From positions 5,183 to 69,182 of the forward strand of contig JBGTMQ010000008.1 in assembly GCA_041743505.1 (NCBI GenBank): a stretch of 64,000 nt of DNA, in the 5' to 3' direction. Source of the DNA: Candidatus Saccharimonadia bacterium. GTDB taxonomy: Bacteria > Patescibacteriota > Saccharimonadia > UBA4664. The notes below the pieces were generated by a model, which was not told the origin of the DNA, ran no database searches, and worked only from the letters and a program-made list of their open reading frames with translations. A program made the translations under genes and the position numbers. Below, piece after piece: positions 1 through 8,112 of this stretch; the stretch's first letter is position 1, and every line of letters starts with the position of its first letter.

Positions 1-2
1 AA

Positions 3-704
3 AGCCCCGATCAGTTATTGGCGGCCGTCCTGCAGCCCATCATGTTCACTGTGTTGTTCTTGTACGTCTTCGGCGGCGCTATCAAAACCGGCGGCACTAG
101 CTACGTTAATTTCTTGATCGCCGGTATCCTGGTCCAAACCGCCGCCTTTGGCGCCACCACTACCGCTCTCGGTGTGGCGGAGGATATGCAAAAAGGCATC
201 ATTGACCGGTTCAAGTCCTTACCCATGCTCAGCTCCGCAGTCCTGACTGGCCATGTTGTAGCGGACCTGGCGCGCAACACTATCTCGGCCATCATTATGA
301 TAGCGGTGGCCCTGGTGCTCGGATTTAGACCCGAAGCAACTCCTCTGGAATGGGCGGCCATCCTCGGCATTTTACTGCTCTTTACCTTAGCCATATCCTG
401 GCTGTCAGCCATTCTCGGTCTCATGGCCAAGAGTGTAGAAGCGGTCCAGTGGTTTAGCTTTCTCATTATCTTTCCGTTAACCTTTGCTTCCAGCGCCTTT
501 GTTCCGACCGAGGGTATGGTGGACGGATTACGCATATTTGCCGAAAATCAGCCAGTTACCCACGTTATCAATGCCATACGGGCCCTCATGATTGACGGCC
601 CCATCGGTGACCATGGCTGGCTGGCGGTAGCCTGGTGCCTCGGTATTCTTCTCGTTTCAATCCCGGTTGCCGTGCATCTATTTGGACGCAAAATAGCCCG
701 CTAA
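3..704 (+). CDS. ABC-2 type transporter permease (DrrB-like), 5' end outside the window
   Basis: Multiple TM helices; 'GIIDRFKSLPM' and 'SSAFVP...NQPVTH' ABC-2 motifs; frame is open to the window edge. Confidence 0.85.
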   Translation, partial: SPDQLLAAVLQPIMFTVLFLYVFGGAIKTGGTSYVNFLIAGILVQTAAFGATTTALGVAEDMQKGIIDRFKSLPMLSSAVLTGHVVADLARNTISAIIMIAVALVLGFRPEATPLEWAAILGILLLFTLAISWLSAILGLMAKSVEAVQWFSFLIIFPLTFASSAFVPTEGMVDGLRIFAENQPVTHVINAIRALMIDGPIGDHGWLAVAWCLGILLVSIPVAVHLFGRKIAR

Positions 705-714
705 ACAAAAAAAT

Positions 715-763
715 GCCCCGCAGCAGGTGGAAAACAAATAGTTTTCCGTTCCTGCCGCAGGGC
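715..763 (-). repeat. Conserved long hairpin / terminator, copy 1
   Basis: On the minus strand GCCCTGCGGCAGG..GGAAAAC-loop-GTTTTCC..CCTGCTGCGGGGC followed by a T-run; similar to 1615-1665 and 2509-2558. Confidence 0.8.
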
Positions 764-769
764 TAAGGG

Positions 770-1528
770 TCAATCGTGACTTTTCACACCTGGATGCCCC
801 ATAAGCTTGGCAAAGACCTCAAGCTCAAGCCTGAGACCTTTTGAGTCTGATGCAGACTGATAAAGCCGCTGCGCTAACTCAAGAAGATCGGCCTTCTCCG
901 GGTCGGCGTCGTCCAAATTCTTGATGCGGGTTATAGCCGATTGGAGAGACAATTGATCCCCGGTGAGAGCCGCGCGCTTAGCAAGCTCACGCTTCTCTTC
1001 TTCCTGCTGAAGGGCCTGCCGCCGCCGCTCCCTATCGACCTCATCGTTATAACCACGCCAAGCTCGGACCATGAAGACGCCGAGAATGACCAAGACAATA
1101 AGGCCGGCGATAAACACCGCAAGACCGGTATACATTGGCCACCAATGCCGGTGGGATTCCGGTAGCTCATCGGCATGCACGATATGACCGTTCTCAGAGA
1201 CATTTAAGCCCACCGAAGTTGGCGGATAGAGGCTGTCAACGCTCACGATCACCGGTGTTTGCAGAGTTTTGCCAAAATAATCCGGATGGTTCACGACCAC
1301 CAGGTGATGGTAGGTCCGGCCATTGCTGTCTTCAACCGACTGCGCGGGCTGCCCGGTTGGCACCACCGATCCGGTGACATGACGCGCAGTTTGCTGCGTC
1401 AACTCGTCACGCTGGTTGTCAATTTGTTTGGCTGATGGTAGCCACATACCCCAAATAATGAACAGGGCCACAGCGAGAACACTCATGACAGCGAAGAACG
1501 CGGCTGTGATTCCTATAGGCTTGCGCAC
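770..1528 (-). CDS. Two-TM membrane protein with extracellular domain and C-terminal helical tail (paralogue 1)
   Basis: N-terminal TM 'MRKPIGITA', 'HPDYFG' motif, second TM, 'RAWR'; GGAG RBS upstream. Confidence 0.75.
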   Translation of the reverse strand: MRKPIGITAAFFAVMSVLAVALFIIWGMWLPSAKQIDNQRDELTQQTARHVTGSVVPTGQPAQSVEDSNGRTYHHLVVVNHPDYFGKTLQTPVIVSVDSLYPPTSVGLNVSENGHIVHADELPESHRHWWPMYTGLAVFIAGLIVLVILGVFMVRAWRGYNDEVDRERRRQALQQEEEKRELAKRAALTGDQLSLQSAITRIKNLDDADPEKADLLELAQRLYQSASDSKGLRLELEVFAKLMGHPGVKSHD

Positions 1529-1614
1529 GGGGACTCCTTTGCGTCAACGAACAAGCTCGAAAGTCGAGATTAATATAATCATAGCATATCTCACCATAAA
1601 TAGCAATAAAAATA

Positions 1615-1665
1615 CGCTCTGTAGCGGGCAGAAGACATTTTGTCTTCCGTCACCACCGCAGAGCG
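1615..1665 (-). repeat. Conserved long hairpin / terminator, copy 2
   Basis: Same architecture with compensatory changes (GCTCT/AGAGC, GAAGAC/GTCTTC). Confidence 0.8.
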
Positions 1666-1670
1666 TCAAA

Positions 1671-2435
1671 TCAGCTTTGCTTGATAGTCCGTTCCAGCAC
1701 ATCAAGCTCAGCTCTTAGCTGGTTGGCTTGTGCCGTATCCGGCTTGCTGAGAGCTTCGGCGACGGCCCGGGCCCGATTCACCAGGTCTTGCTTGTCAGTC
1801 ACCGTGTCGCACAGCGCCATGGCCTCCGCAATACGCGCCTCCGCATCACGTTGTAGCGGCGTCAATTCAGCCTCGCGGGCTAGTTTGCGCGCCGTTGCCT
1901 CCAGCTTTTCGCGGTCCCGTTTTTCCTGGAAGTCGACCCCGATTCGGTATTCTCTCCAGGCCCTGGTTATCACCCCGCCGACCCCAATGAGTATAGCCAG
2001 ACCAAAGGCGCCTACCAACATACCGACCAAGATGGGTCCCATATGCCAGCGCGACGCTGGGCCGGTAGACGTAGCCATTTCAAAACGGCCATCCTTGTAC
2101 ACGGTGAGGCCGATCTTCAGTCGCACGTTGTCACCGGTCAAGGTCAAATCAGTCCGATGAGTCTGACCGTAATAATCCGGGTAGGTCGCCACTACTTTGA
2201 CGGCTGTGATACCACCGGACCGGGTTATCTCCGGAACCGACGAAACCGTAGCGGTCACGTACTTCTGGGTTTCGTACCATGCCTGGTCATAGCGGGCGTC
2301 TGCCTGTCTGGCAGCCGACAGCCAGGGTCCAAAGATCAGGTACAAGGCGAGGAGATAGACACCAACGGCGCCGCCAAAGGCAACTGTGATGCTGATGGGC
2401 TTGGCATTCAAGGGGAGACTCCTTAAGGATGTCAA
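1671..2435 (-). CDS. Two-TM membrane protein (paralogue 2)
   Basis: 'KPISITVA', 'IFGPWL', 'YPDYYG', 'RAWR', 'QLRAELDV' align with the neighbours. Confidence 0.75.
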   Translation of the reverse strand: MTSLRSLPLNAKPISITVAFGGAVGVYLLALYLIFGPWLSAARQADARYDQAWYETQKYVTATVSSVPEITRSGGITAVKVVATYPDYYGQTHRTDLTLTGDNVRLKIGLTVYKDGRFEMATSTGPASRWHMGPILVGMLVGAFGLAILIGVGGVITRAWREYRIGVDFQEKRDREKLEATARKLAREAELTPLQRDAEARIAEAMALCDTVTDKQDLVNRARAVAEALSKPDTAQANQLRAELDVLERTIKQS

Positions 2436-2508
2436 GACAATTTCGTGGGTACGAGGATATTATAATGTAACATAAATTGTAATGAATTACAAGCAAATCA
2501 TAAAAAGT

Positions 2509-2558
2509 GCCCCGCAGCGGGCGAAAGACATTATCGTCTTCCGTATCCGCCGCAGGGC
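2509..2558 (-). repeat. Conserved long hairpin / terminator, copy 3
   Basis: GCCCTGCGGCGG..CGGAAGAC-loop-GTCTTTCG..CCGCTGCGGGGC plus T-run on the minus strand. Confidence 0.8.
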
Positions 2559-2593
2559 GAGTAAGTTGTCGTCTCCGAGAACAATGCCTCAGC

Positions 2594-3088
2594 TCAAGCA
2601 GTGTTTGTGTAATACCGCCGCCAAGCCAATGCCACGTATAGACCAAGCCCGATCAGCGCCGCGCCGCCCAAAATAGCGGTAATAAACCCAACAGTTCTGG
2701 GCAACGACTGCCAATCGAGAGGCGCAACGTAGGCGGCTTGCTCGGCGCTTCCGCTCTTAGAAACAATCATGTCGACTGTACCGGGCCGCTGGTCGCCCAC
2801 GCCAACCAAAATAATCGTTGTCCGCCGGGTAATGCCTTCAAAGTCCGGGTAGCTAATCAGCGCCAGGACACTCTTTGGCTCAAAGTATTGTGCCTGATCC
2901 GCAGGCACGGGCCCCGTGTCCAGCACCATTGCGGTGACCGGCTTCTGTGTCGCTGATCTCTCCGCTCTGTCGAGGGCTTCAAGGTTCTTGGCCCAGTCCA
3001 GCCAGGGCCCGAAAATCATGCCAACCAGCAAAACAAAAACACCGATGGCCGCGATAAGTGTTGCGGTGATCCCTAAAGGCTTCCTCAT
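2594..3088 (-). CDS. Two-TM membrane protein (paralogue 3, lacks the C-terminal helical tail)
   Basis: 'MRKPLGITA', 'IFGPWL', 'YPDFEG', 'LAWRRY'. Confidence 0.7.
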   Translation of the reverse strand: MRKPLGITATLIAAIGVFVLLVGMIFGPWLDWAKNLEALDRAERSATQKPVTAMVLDTGPVPADQAQYFEPKSVLALISYPDFEGITRRTTIILVGVGDQRPGTVDMIVSKSGSAEQAAYVAPLDWQSLPRTVGFITAILGGAALIGLGLYVALAWRRYYTNTA

Positions 3089-3239
3089 TAAGAGCTCCTT
3101 GGAGAGTCAACAAGCCGTCGCATGGTGCGATTAATTAAGTATAACATAATTAATAACAAAAGCAAGTATAGAAAGGGGATTGGTTGATGATGGCCATAGC
3201 AACTTGGCAATTTGTAGCCGGTTTTCGTATACTAAGCGC

Positions 3240-3533
3240 ATGTCTAAACTTGGAACGACCGAAACAACCCGCATAGCGCGGTTGGCTCGCATTGGTCTGA
3301 CTCCGGATGAGACTGCGGCCATGGCCGTGGAACTCGACCGGATCGTTACGTTTGTCGAGCAACTACAAGAGGTAAATATTGAAGGCGTCGAGCCCACTGA
3401 CCAGGTTACCGGCCTAGTGGACGTTTGGCGGGAAGATGAGGTTACCCCCAGCATGCCGCGCGAACAGCTTCTGGCCAACGCACCGGCCCAAAAAAACGGC
3501 TATATTGTCGTCAAACGGGTACTCAATGGTTGA
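3240..3533 (+). CDS. gatC: Asp/Glu-tRNA amidotransferase subunit C
   Basis: 'IARLARI', 'GVEPT', 'REDEV', 'LANAP'; overlaps the gatA start. Confidence 0.93.
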   Translation: MSKLGTTETTRIARLARIGLTPDETAAMAVELDRIVTFVEQLQEVNIEGVEPTDQVTGLVDVWREDEVTPSMPREQLLANAPAQKNGYIVVKRVLNG

Positions 3534-4965
3534 TCTCAAGCGCCCCATAACAGAACTTGCCGCCGAAGTCAGGTCCGGTCACGTCACCGCCGTTGAACTC
3601 GTCCAGGCCAGCCTCGACCGGATTGCGGCCAGCCAAGAATACCATGCCGTCCTGGAGTTAAACCCAAAGGCCCTCGATCAGGCCCGGGCCGTTGACGCCC
3701 GCATTGCCGCCGGCGAAAACTTGCCCCTGGCCGGCTTGCCGTTCGCGGCCAAAGACAACTTCCTGACCTTCGACACCCACACCACTGCCGCCAGCAACAT
3801 CCTGGCCAACTTCCGCGCCCCATATGAAGGCCCGGCCATCCAGCGGCTCAAGGCCGCCGGCGCGATCCTGGTAGCCAAGGCTAATCACGACGCCTTTGGT
3901 CACGGCGGCTCCACCGAAAACTCCGATTTTGGCCCTACCAAGAACCCCCATGATCCCACCCGCGTCCCCGGTGGCAGCTCCGGCGGATCGGCGGCAAGTG
4001 TGGCGCTCGGCCAAGTCGCCTTCGCCTTGGGCACCGATACCGGTGGTTCCAACCGTCAGCCGGCCCATCTCACCGGTGTCGTCGGGTTCAAGCCGACCTA
4101 TGGCCTGGTGCCGCGCTCCGGCGTGGTTGCTATGGCCTCATCCTTCGATACCATCGGCCCGCTCACCAACCGCACGGCCGACACTGCTGCAGTCCTCAAT
4201 GTTCTAGCCGGACGCCACGCCTCTGACGCCACCACCATCGAACACGACCCCGGCGGCTACCTTGTCAAGCCCGGCCACCTTAAAGGCCTCAAAATCGGCC
4301 TCATCAAAGAATATCTCGGCCAAGGCCTCGACCCCGGCATCAAACGCCAGGTACTGGCCATGGCTGAGCAACTCAGGGTCCACGGCGCTGAAGTCCACGA
4401 AATCAGCCTGCCGGCGGTCGAGCTGGCGCTGGCCGCCTATTATATCCTCGTGCCGGCCGAAATCTCATCCAACCTGGCTCGCTATGACGGCGTCAAATAC
4501 GGCCATTCCTCAGACCAGGCCACCGACCTCAGCGAAACCTACTACCTCAGCCGCCAAGAAGGCTTTGGCGCCGAAGCCCAGCGCCGCATCCTCATTGGCA
4601 CGTATGTTCTGTCCAGCGGCTACTACGATGCCTATTACAAGCGTGCCCAAAAAGTCCGTACAACGCTCATCAAAGAATTCAACCATGCGTTTACCAAAGT
4701 CGATCTTTTAATGGGCCCCCCGGCGCCAAATCCGGCCTTTCCCATCGGCGCCAGAGTCAATGATCCATTGGCCATGTATCTGGAAGATGTCATGACCGTG
4801 GTAGCTAACCTACTCGGTATACCGGCCATCTCCATCCCACTCGGCAAGGTCGGGGACTTGCCCATCGGGCTTCAACTAATCGCACCACAACGCGCCGAAC
4901 GGCACTTGCTAGCCTCAGCCCTGGCGGTCGAAGCGGTCATTGGTGATTGGAGTTCTCGCTCATGA
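3526..4965 (+). CDS. gatA: Asp/Glu-tRNA amidotransferase subunit A
   Basis: Amidase signature 'PGGSSGGSAA', 'GTDTGGS', 'SSNLARYDG', 'RRILIGTYVLSSGYYDAYY'. Confidence 0.97.
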   Translation: MVDLKRPITELAAEVRSGHVTAVELVQASLDRIAASQEYHAVLELNPKALDQARAVDARIAAGENLPLAGLPFAAKDNFLTFDTHTTAASNILANFRAPYEGPAIQRLKAAGAILVAKANHDAFGHGGSTENSDFGPTKNPHDPTRVPGGSSGGSAASVALGQVAFALGTDTGGSNRQPAHLTGVVGFKPTYGLVPRSGVVAMASSFDTIGPLTNRTADTAAVLNVLAGRHASDATTIEHDPGGYLVKPGHLKGLKIGLIKEYLGQGLDPGIKRQVLAMAEQLRVHGAEVHEISLPAVELALAAYYILVPAEISSNLARYDGVKYGHSSDQATDLSETYYLSRQEGFGAEAQRRILIGTYVLSSGYYDAYYKRAQKVRTTLIKEFNHAFTKVDLLMGPPAPNPAFPIGARVNDPLAMYLEDVMTVVANLLGIPAISIPLGKVGDLPIGLQLIAPQRAERHLLASALAVEAVIGDWSSRS

Positions 4966-5438
4966 TCACATTCCTCATCATCGCCCTCATCGCCGGCTTC
5001 ATTCTCATAGCCGTCATCGAAGGCACCAGCAAGCGCGGCCGTGGTTCCCGTCGCGGCTGGGGTGGCCACTCCAGCCAGCGCTCCGGCAGTAGTAATTACC
5101 GCCCCACGCCGGCCCGCCTCGACCGCGAGCAAATTGTCACCCGCTGGGCCACCATCCAGGCTATGGCCGCTGGTGGCGGCAACGGCCTGCGCCAAGCCGT
5201 CTCCGAAGCCGACAAGCTGCTCGACCATGTCATGCGCCAGTCCGGCGCCTCCGGCGACACTATGGGCGAGCGCCTCAAGTCGTTTCAGGGCCGCTTCTCT
5301 GACACCAACTCCGTCTGGCGAGCCCACAAGCTCCGCAACGCCCTGGCCCACGAAGTCGGCTACGACCTAGTCCCGAGCCAAGCCAAAGAAGCCTTGCGCG
5401 ACTTCGAGCGGGCCTTGCGCGATTTGGGGGGACTGTGA
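4962..5438 (+). CDS. Membrane-anchored protein with HEPN-like RxxxxH motif
   Basis: N-terminal TM, 'EADKLLD' helix and 'RNALAH'. Confidence 0.65.
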   Translation: MITFLIIALIAGFILIAVIEGTSKRGRGSRRGWGGHSSQRSGSSNYRPTPARLDREQIVTRWATIQAMAAGGGNGLRQAVSEADKLLDHVMRQSGASGDTMGERLKSFQGRFSDTNSVWRAHKLRNALAHEVGYDLVPSQAKEALRDFERALRDLGGL

Positions 5439-5902
5439 GTCAAGCCAAACCCATCAAACACTACACCGCCACGGTCTACATCATCAGTGATGCTAAGCCC
5501 CGCAAGGCGCTGCTACTACACCACGTCAAGCATGATATGTGGACCCCGCCGGGCGGGCACCAGGAACCGTGGGAGAACCCGGTCGAGACTGCCATCCGCG
5601 AGACCAAAGAGGAGACGGGTATCGACATCGGCCCCTATTTGCAGCCTGATATTCCAGCCAGCGGTCACGCCGTCTATATTCAGCCACCCCATCACGTGCT
5701 CGAAGCCAAAATCCCGGCCCGTGACGACGAACCGGAGCACTACCACCTCGATATGGAATATATTGTCCGAATCCCCGAGCAAGCCGCCGTCCGTGAGCAG
5801 GTCAAAGCCCACAACATCGGCTGGTTCACCCTAGAAGAAATCGAAAACTTACGGACCTTTGAAGATATCCGCACCGTACTCAATCAGGAGCTAAGCCAAT
5901 GA
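5435..5902 (+). CDS. NUDIX hydrolase
   Basis: NUDIX box 'GGHQEPWENPVETAIRETKEETGI'. Confidence 0.92.
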   Translation: MSQAKPIKHYTATVYIISDAKPRKALLLHHVKHDMWTPPGGHQEPWENPVETAIRETKEETGIDIGPYLQPDIPASGHAVYIQPPHHVLEAKIPARDDEPEHYHLDMEYIVRIPEQAAVREQVKAHNIGWFTLEEIENLRTFEDIRTVLNQELSQ

Positions 5903-6558
5903 GCCCCGAAATACACCAAAAGCTCGACCGCTATTTAGACCAAGACGCTGCTTTCCGGCAAGTTTACAACTACACCCGCACACGGTTTGAAGCCGCCAAA
6001 CACCTAACAGGGCACAATTGGGACCATGCCCGCCGGGATGTACTTAATAGTATAGTGATCGGTGAGGCCGAAAGCGCCGATATGGCTACGGTTCTACCCG
6101 CCACAGTAATGCATGACATTGGCTTCCTTTACGGCTCAACCGGCAAAGAACATGCTGAGGTGGGGGCAAACAAGCTCGAGTCCTTCTTAAAAGAGGGCGA
6201 TATCGAGCTAGGCCCGGAAGCGGTGGTTTTGATCGCGGCTTGCATTCGCACTCACAAAGGTGCAATGCACGAGGCAAAGCCCGATACACTGGAGGCCAAA
6301 GTAGTATCTGATGCCGATATGCTTGAAAAATTTGGACCAGTCGGAGTCTATCAAAGCATCCGAACATTTGCTGAGTTTGATTATGATATACACCGGATCA
6401 TCCGCAACCTTAGTGTTATGGAAGGCTGGGCGCTCCAAACCGAGACCGGGCGCCGGCTGGCCGAAGACCGCAAACAGTTTAGTTCCGAATTTGCCAAGGC
6501 TTTTCGGGAAGCGTACCGGCCGTATCTGCCCGATGAGCAAGAGGAGTATAAGTCATGA
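5899..6558 (+). CDS. HD-domain phosphohydrolase
   Basis: 'HNWDH', 'MHDIG', 'HAEVGA', 'SDADMLE'. Confidence 0.9.
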   Translation: MSPEIHQKLDRYLDQDAAFRQVYNYTRTRFEAAKHLTGHNWDHARRDVLNSIVIGEAESADMATVLPATVMHDIGFLYGSTGKEHAEVGANKLESFLKEGDIELGPEAVVLIAACIRTHKGAMHEAKPDTLEAKVVSDADMLEKFGPVGVYQSIRTFAEFDYDIHRIIRNLSVMEGWALQTETGRRLAEDRKQFSSEFAKAFREAYRPYLPDEQEEYKS

Positions 6559-8012
6559 AACCGGAAATCCGCGATAAGTACGAGGTAGTCATCGGCATTG
6601 AGACCCATGTGCAGCTGGCAACTAAAAGTAAGCTATTTTGTGGTTGCAATAATGATTCACGCGAGGCAGAGCCCAATACGCATGTTTGTCAGGTCTGCTT
6701 GGGCCTGCCAGGAACGCTCCCGGTTTTAAACAAGCGGGCGGTTGAGCTGGCTTTGCGGCTTGGACAGGCTCTTAATTTTGAGTACCCGGATAATTATCAC
6801 ACTAAATTTGACCGAAAAAACTACTTTTATCCTGATTCCCCTAAGGGGTATCAAATAACGCAGTTCGATGAACCGGTCATTGGAGAAGGGTATATTGAGT
6901 TTCCCCTCAATACTAAAATCAATCGAGTCGGTATAACACGAGCCCATCTAGAAGGCGACGCCGGCAAACTAACTCACCCGGAAGGGGCAGATTATTCGCT
7001 AGTAGACTTAAACCGGGCGGAAACACCTTTAATCGAGGTCGTCAGCGAGCCGGATATGCGCTCGGCGGCCGAGGCTAAAGGTTACGCCCAGGAGCTCTAC
7101 AATATTGTGAGGTACACCGGTGTCAGTGATGCCAACCTTTATTACGGTAATATGCGCTTTGACGTCAACGTCAGCGTGCGGTTGGTTGGCGCCGCAGAGT
7201 TCGGCACCCGCACCGAGACCAAGAACCTCAACAGCTTCCGGGCCATCGAGCGGGTAGTTGAATACGAGGTCCAGCGCCAGGTCACCCAGATCGAAAACGG
7301 CCACCGCATCATCCAGGAAACCCGCGGCTGGGACGACGCCAAACAGCAAACCTACAGCATGCGCAGCAAAGAGGACGCCGACGAGTACCGTTACTTCCCG
7401 GAGCCTGACCTGCCGCCCCTAATAATCACGCGAGCTATGGTTGAAGCTCAAGCCAACGAGCTCGGCCTATTGCCGTACGATCTCCGCGCCGAGCTAGCCG
7501 CTGCCAACATGCCGCCCAAAGAAAGCGAAGTTCTCGTAGCCGATCCCGACGCCGCCCGCCTCTGGCATGACATCGTCAGCGCCCACCCGGAGCACGCCCG
7601 GTTCGCCTTCACCTGGCTCATTGGTGACGCCGTCAAACTGGCCGAAACCAACAGTCAAACGCTCCTTGATTCCGGCATCACGGCCCAGCCACTGGCGGCA
7701 GTAGCCAAAATGGTGGCCGGCGGACAACTCAGCAACACCAATGCCAAAATCTTGCTAGCCCACATCTGGGAACATGGCGACACTGATCCCGAGGCTCAGG
7801 CCGCCAAGCTTGGCCTCATCCAGGAGTCCAACGAAGGCGAACTCGCTACCGTAGTCGATCAAGTCATCGCCGAAAACGCCCAGGCCGTCACTGATTACAA
7901 AGCTGGCAACCAGCGGGCCTTCGGTTCCCTCGTCGGACAGGCCATGAAGAAAACTCAAGGCAAAGGCAACCCGCCCCTCATCAATAAGCTTCTCAAAGAC
8001 CGCCTCGGGTAG
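6555..8012 (+). CDS. gatB: Asp/Glu-tRNA amidotransferase subunit B
   Basis: 'IGIETHVQL', 'FDRKNYFYPD', 'YRYFPEPDL', Yqey-like C-terminus. Confidence 0.97.
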   Translation: MKPEIRDKYEVVIGIETHVQLATKSKLFCGCNNDSREAEPNTHVCQVCLGLPGTLPVLNKRAVELALRLGQALNFEYPDNYHTKFDRKNYFYPDSPKGYQITQFDEPVIGEGYIEFPLNTKINRVGITRAHLEGDAGKLTHPEGADYSLVDLNRAETPLIEVVSEPDMRSAAEAKGYAQELYNIVRYTGVSDANLYYGNMRFDVNVSVRLVGAAEFGTRTETKNLNSFRAIERVVEYEVQRQVTQIENGHRIIQETRGWDDAKQQTYSMRSKEDADEYRYFPEPDLPPLIITRAMVEAQANELGLLPYDLRAELAAANMPPKESEVLVADPDAARLWHDIVSAHPEHARFAFTWLIGDAVKLAETNSQTLLDSGITAQPLAAVAKMVAGGQLSNTNAKILLAHIWEHGDTDPEAQAAKLGLIQESNEGELATVVDQVIAENAQAVTDYKAGNQRAFGSLVGQAMKKTQGKGNPPLINKLLKDRLG

Positions 8013-8019
8013 CAAATAC

Positions 8020-8048
8020 TTGCAATAAAACTAGTAATGTGCTATAAT
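8020..8048 (+). promoter_or_regulatory. Sigma70-type promoter of the helicase island
   Basis: TTGCAA-17 bp-TATAAT with extended TG. Confidence 0.7.
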
Positions 8049-8112
8049 TAACATAGGACCGCATATCATGCGGTCGTTCTTTTACAGTCTATCCTCAGAG
8101 AAGGTGATAGCA

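Noticed and set aside
715-2558. Hairpin repeats as integron attC sites or CRISPR repeats
   Set aside because: No RYYYAAC/GTTRRRY boxes and no integrase; the spacing is gene-sized and no cas genes are present.
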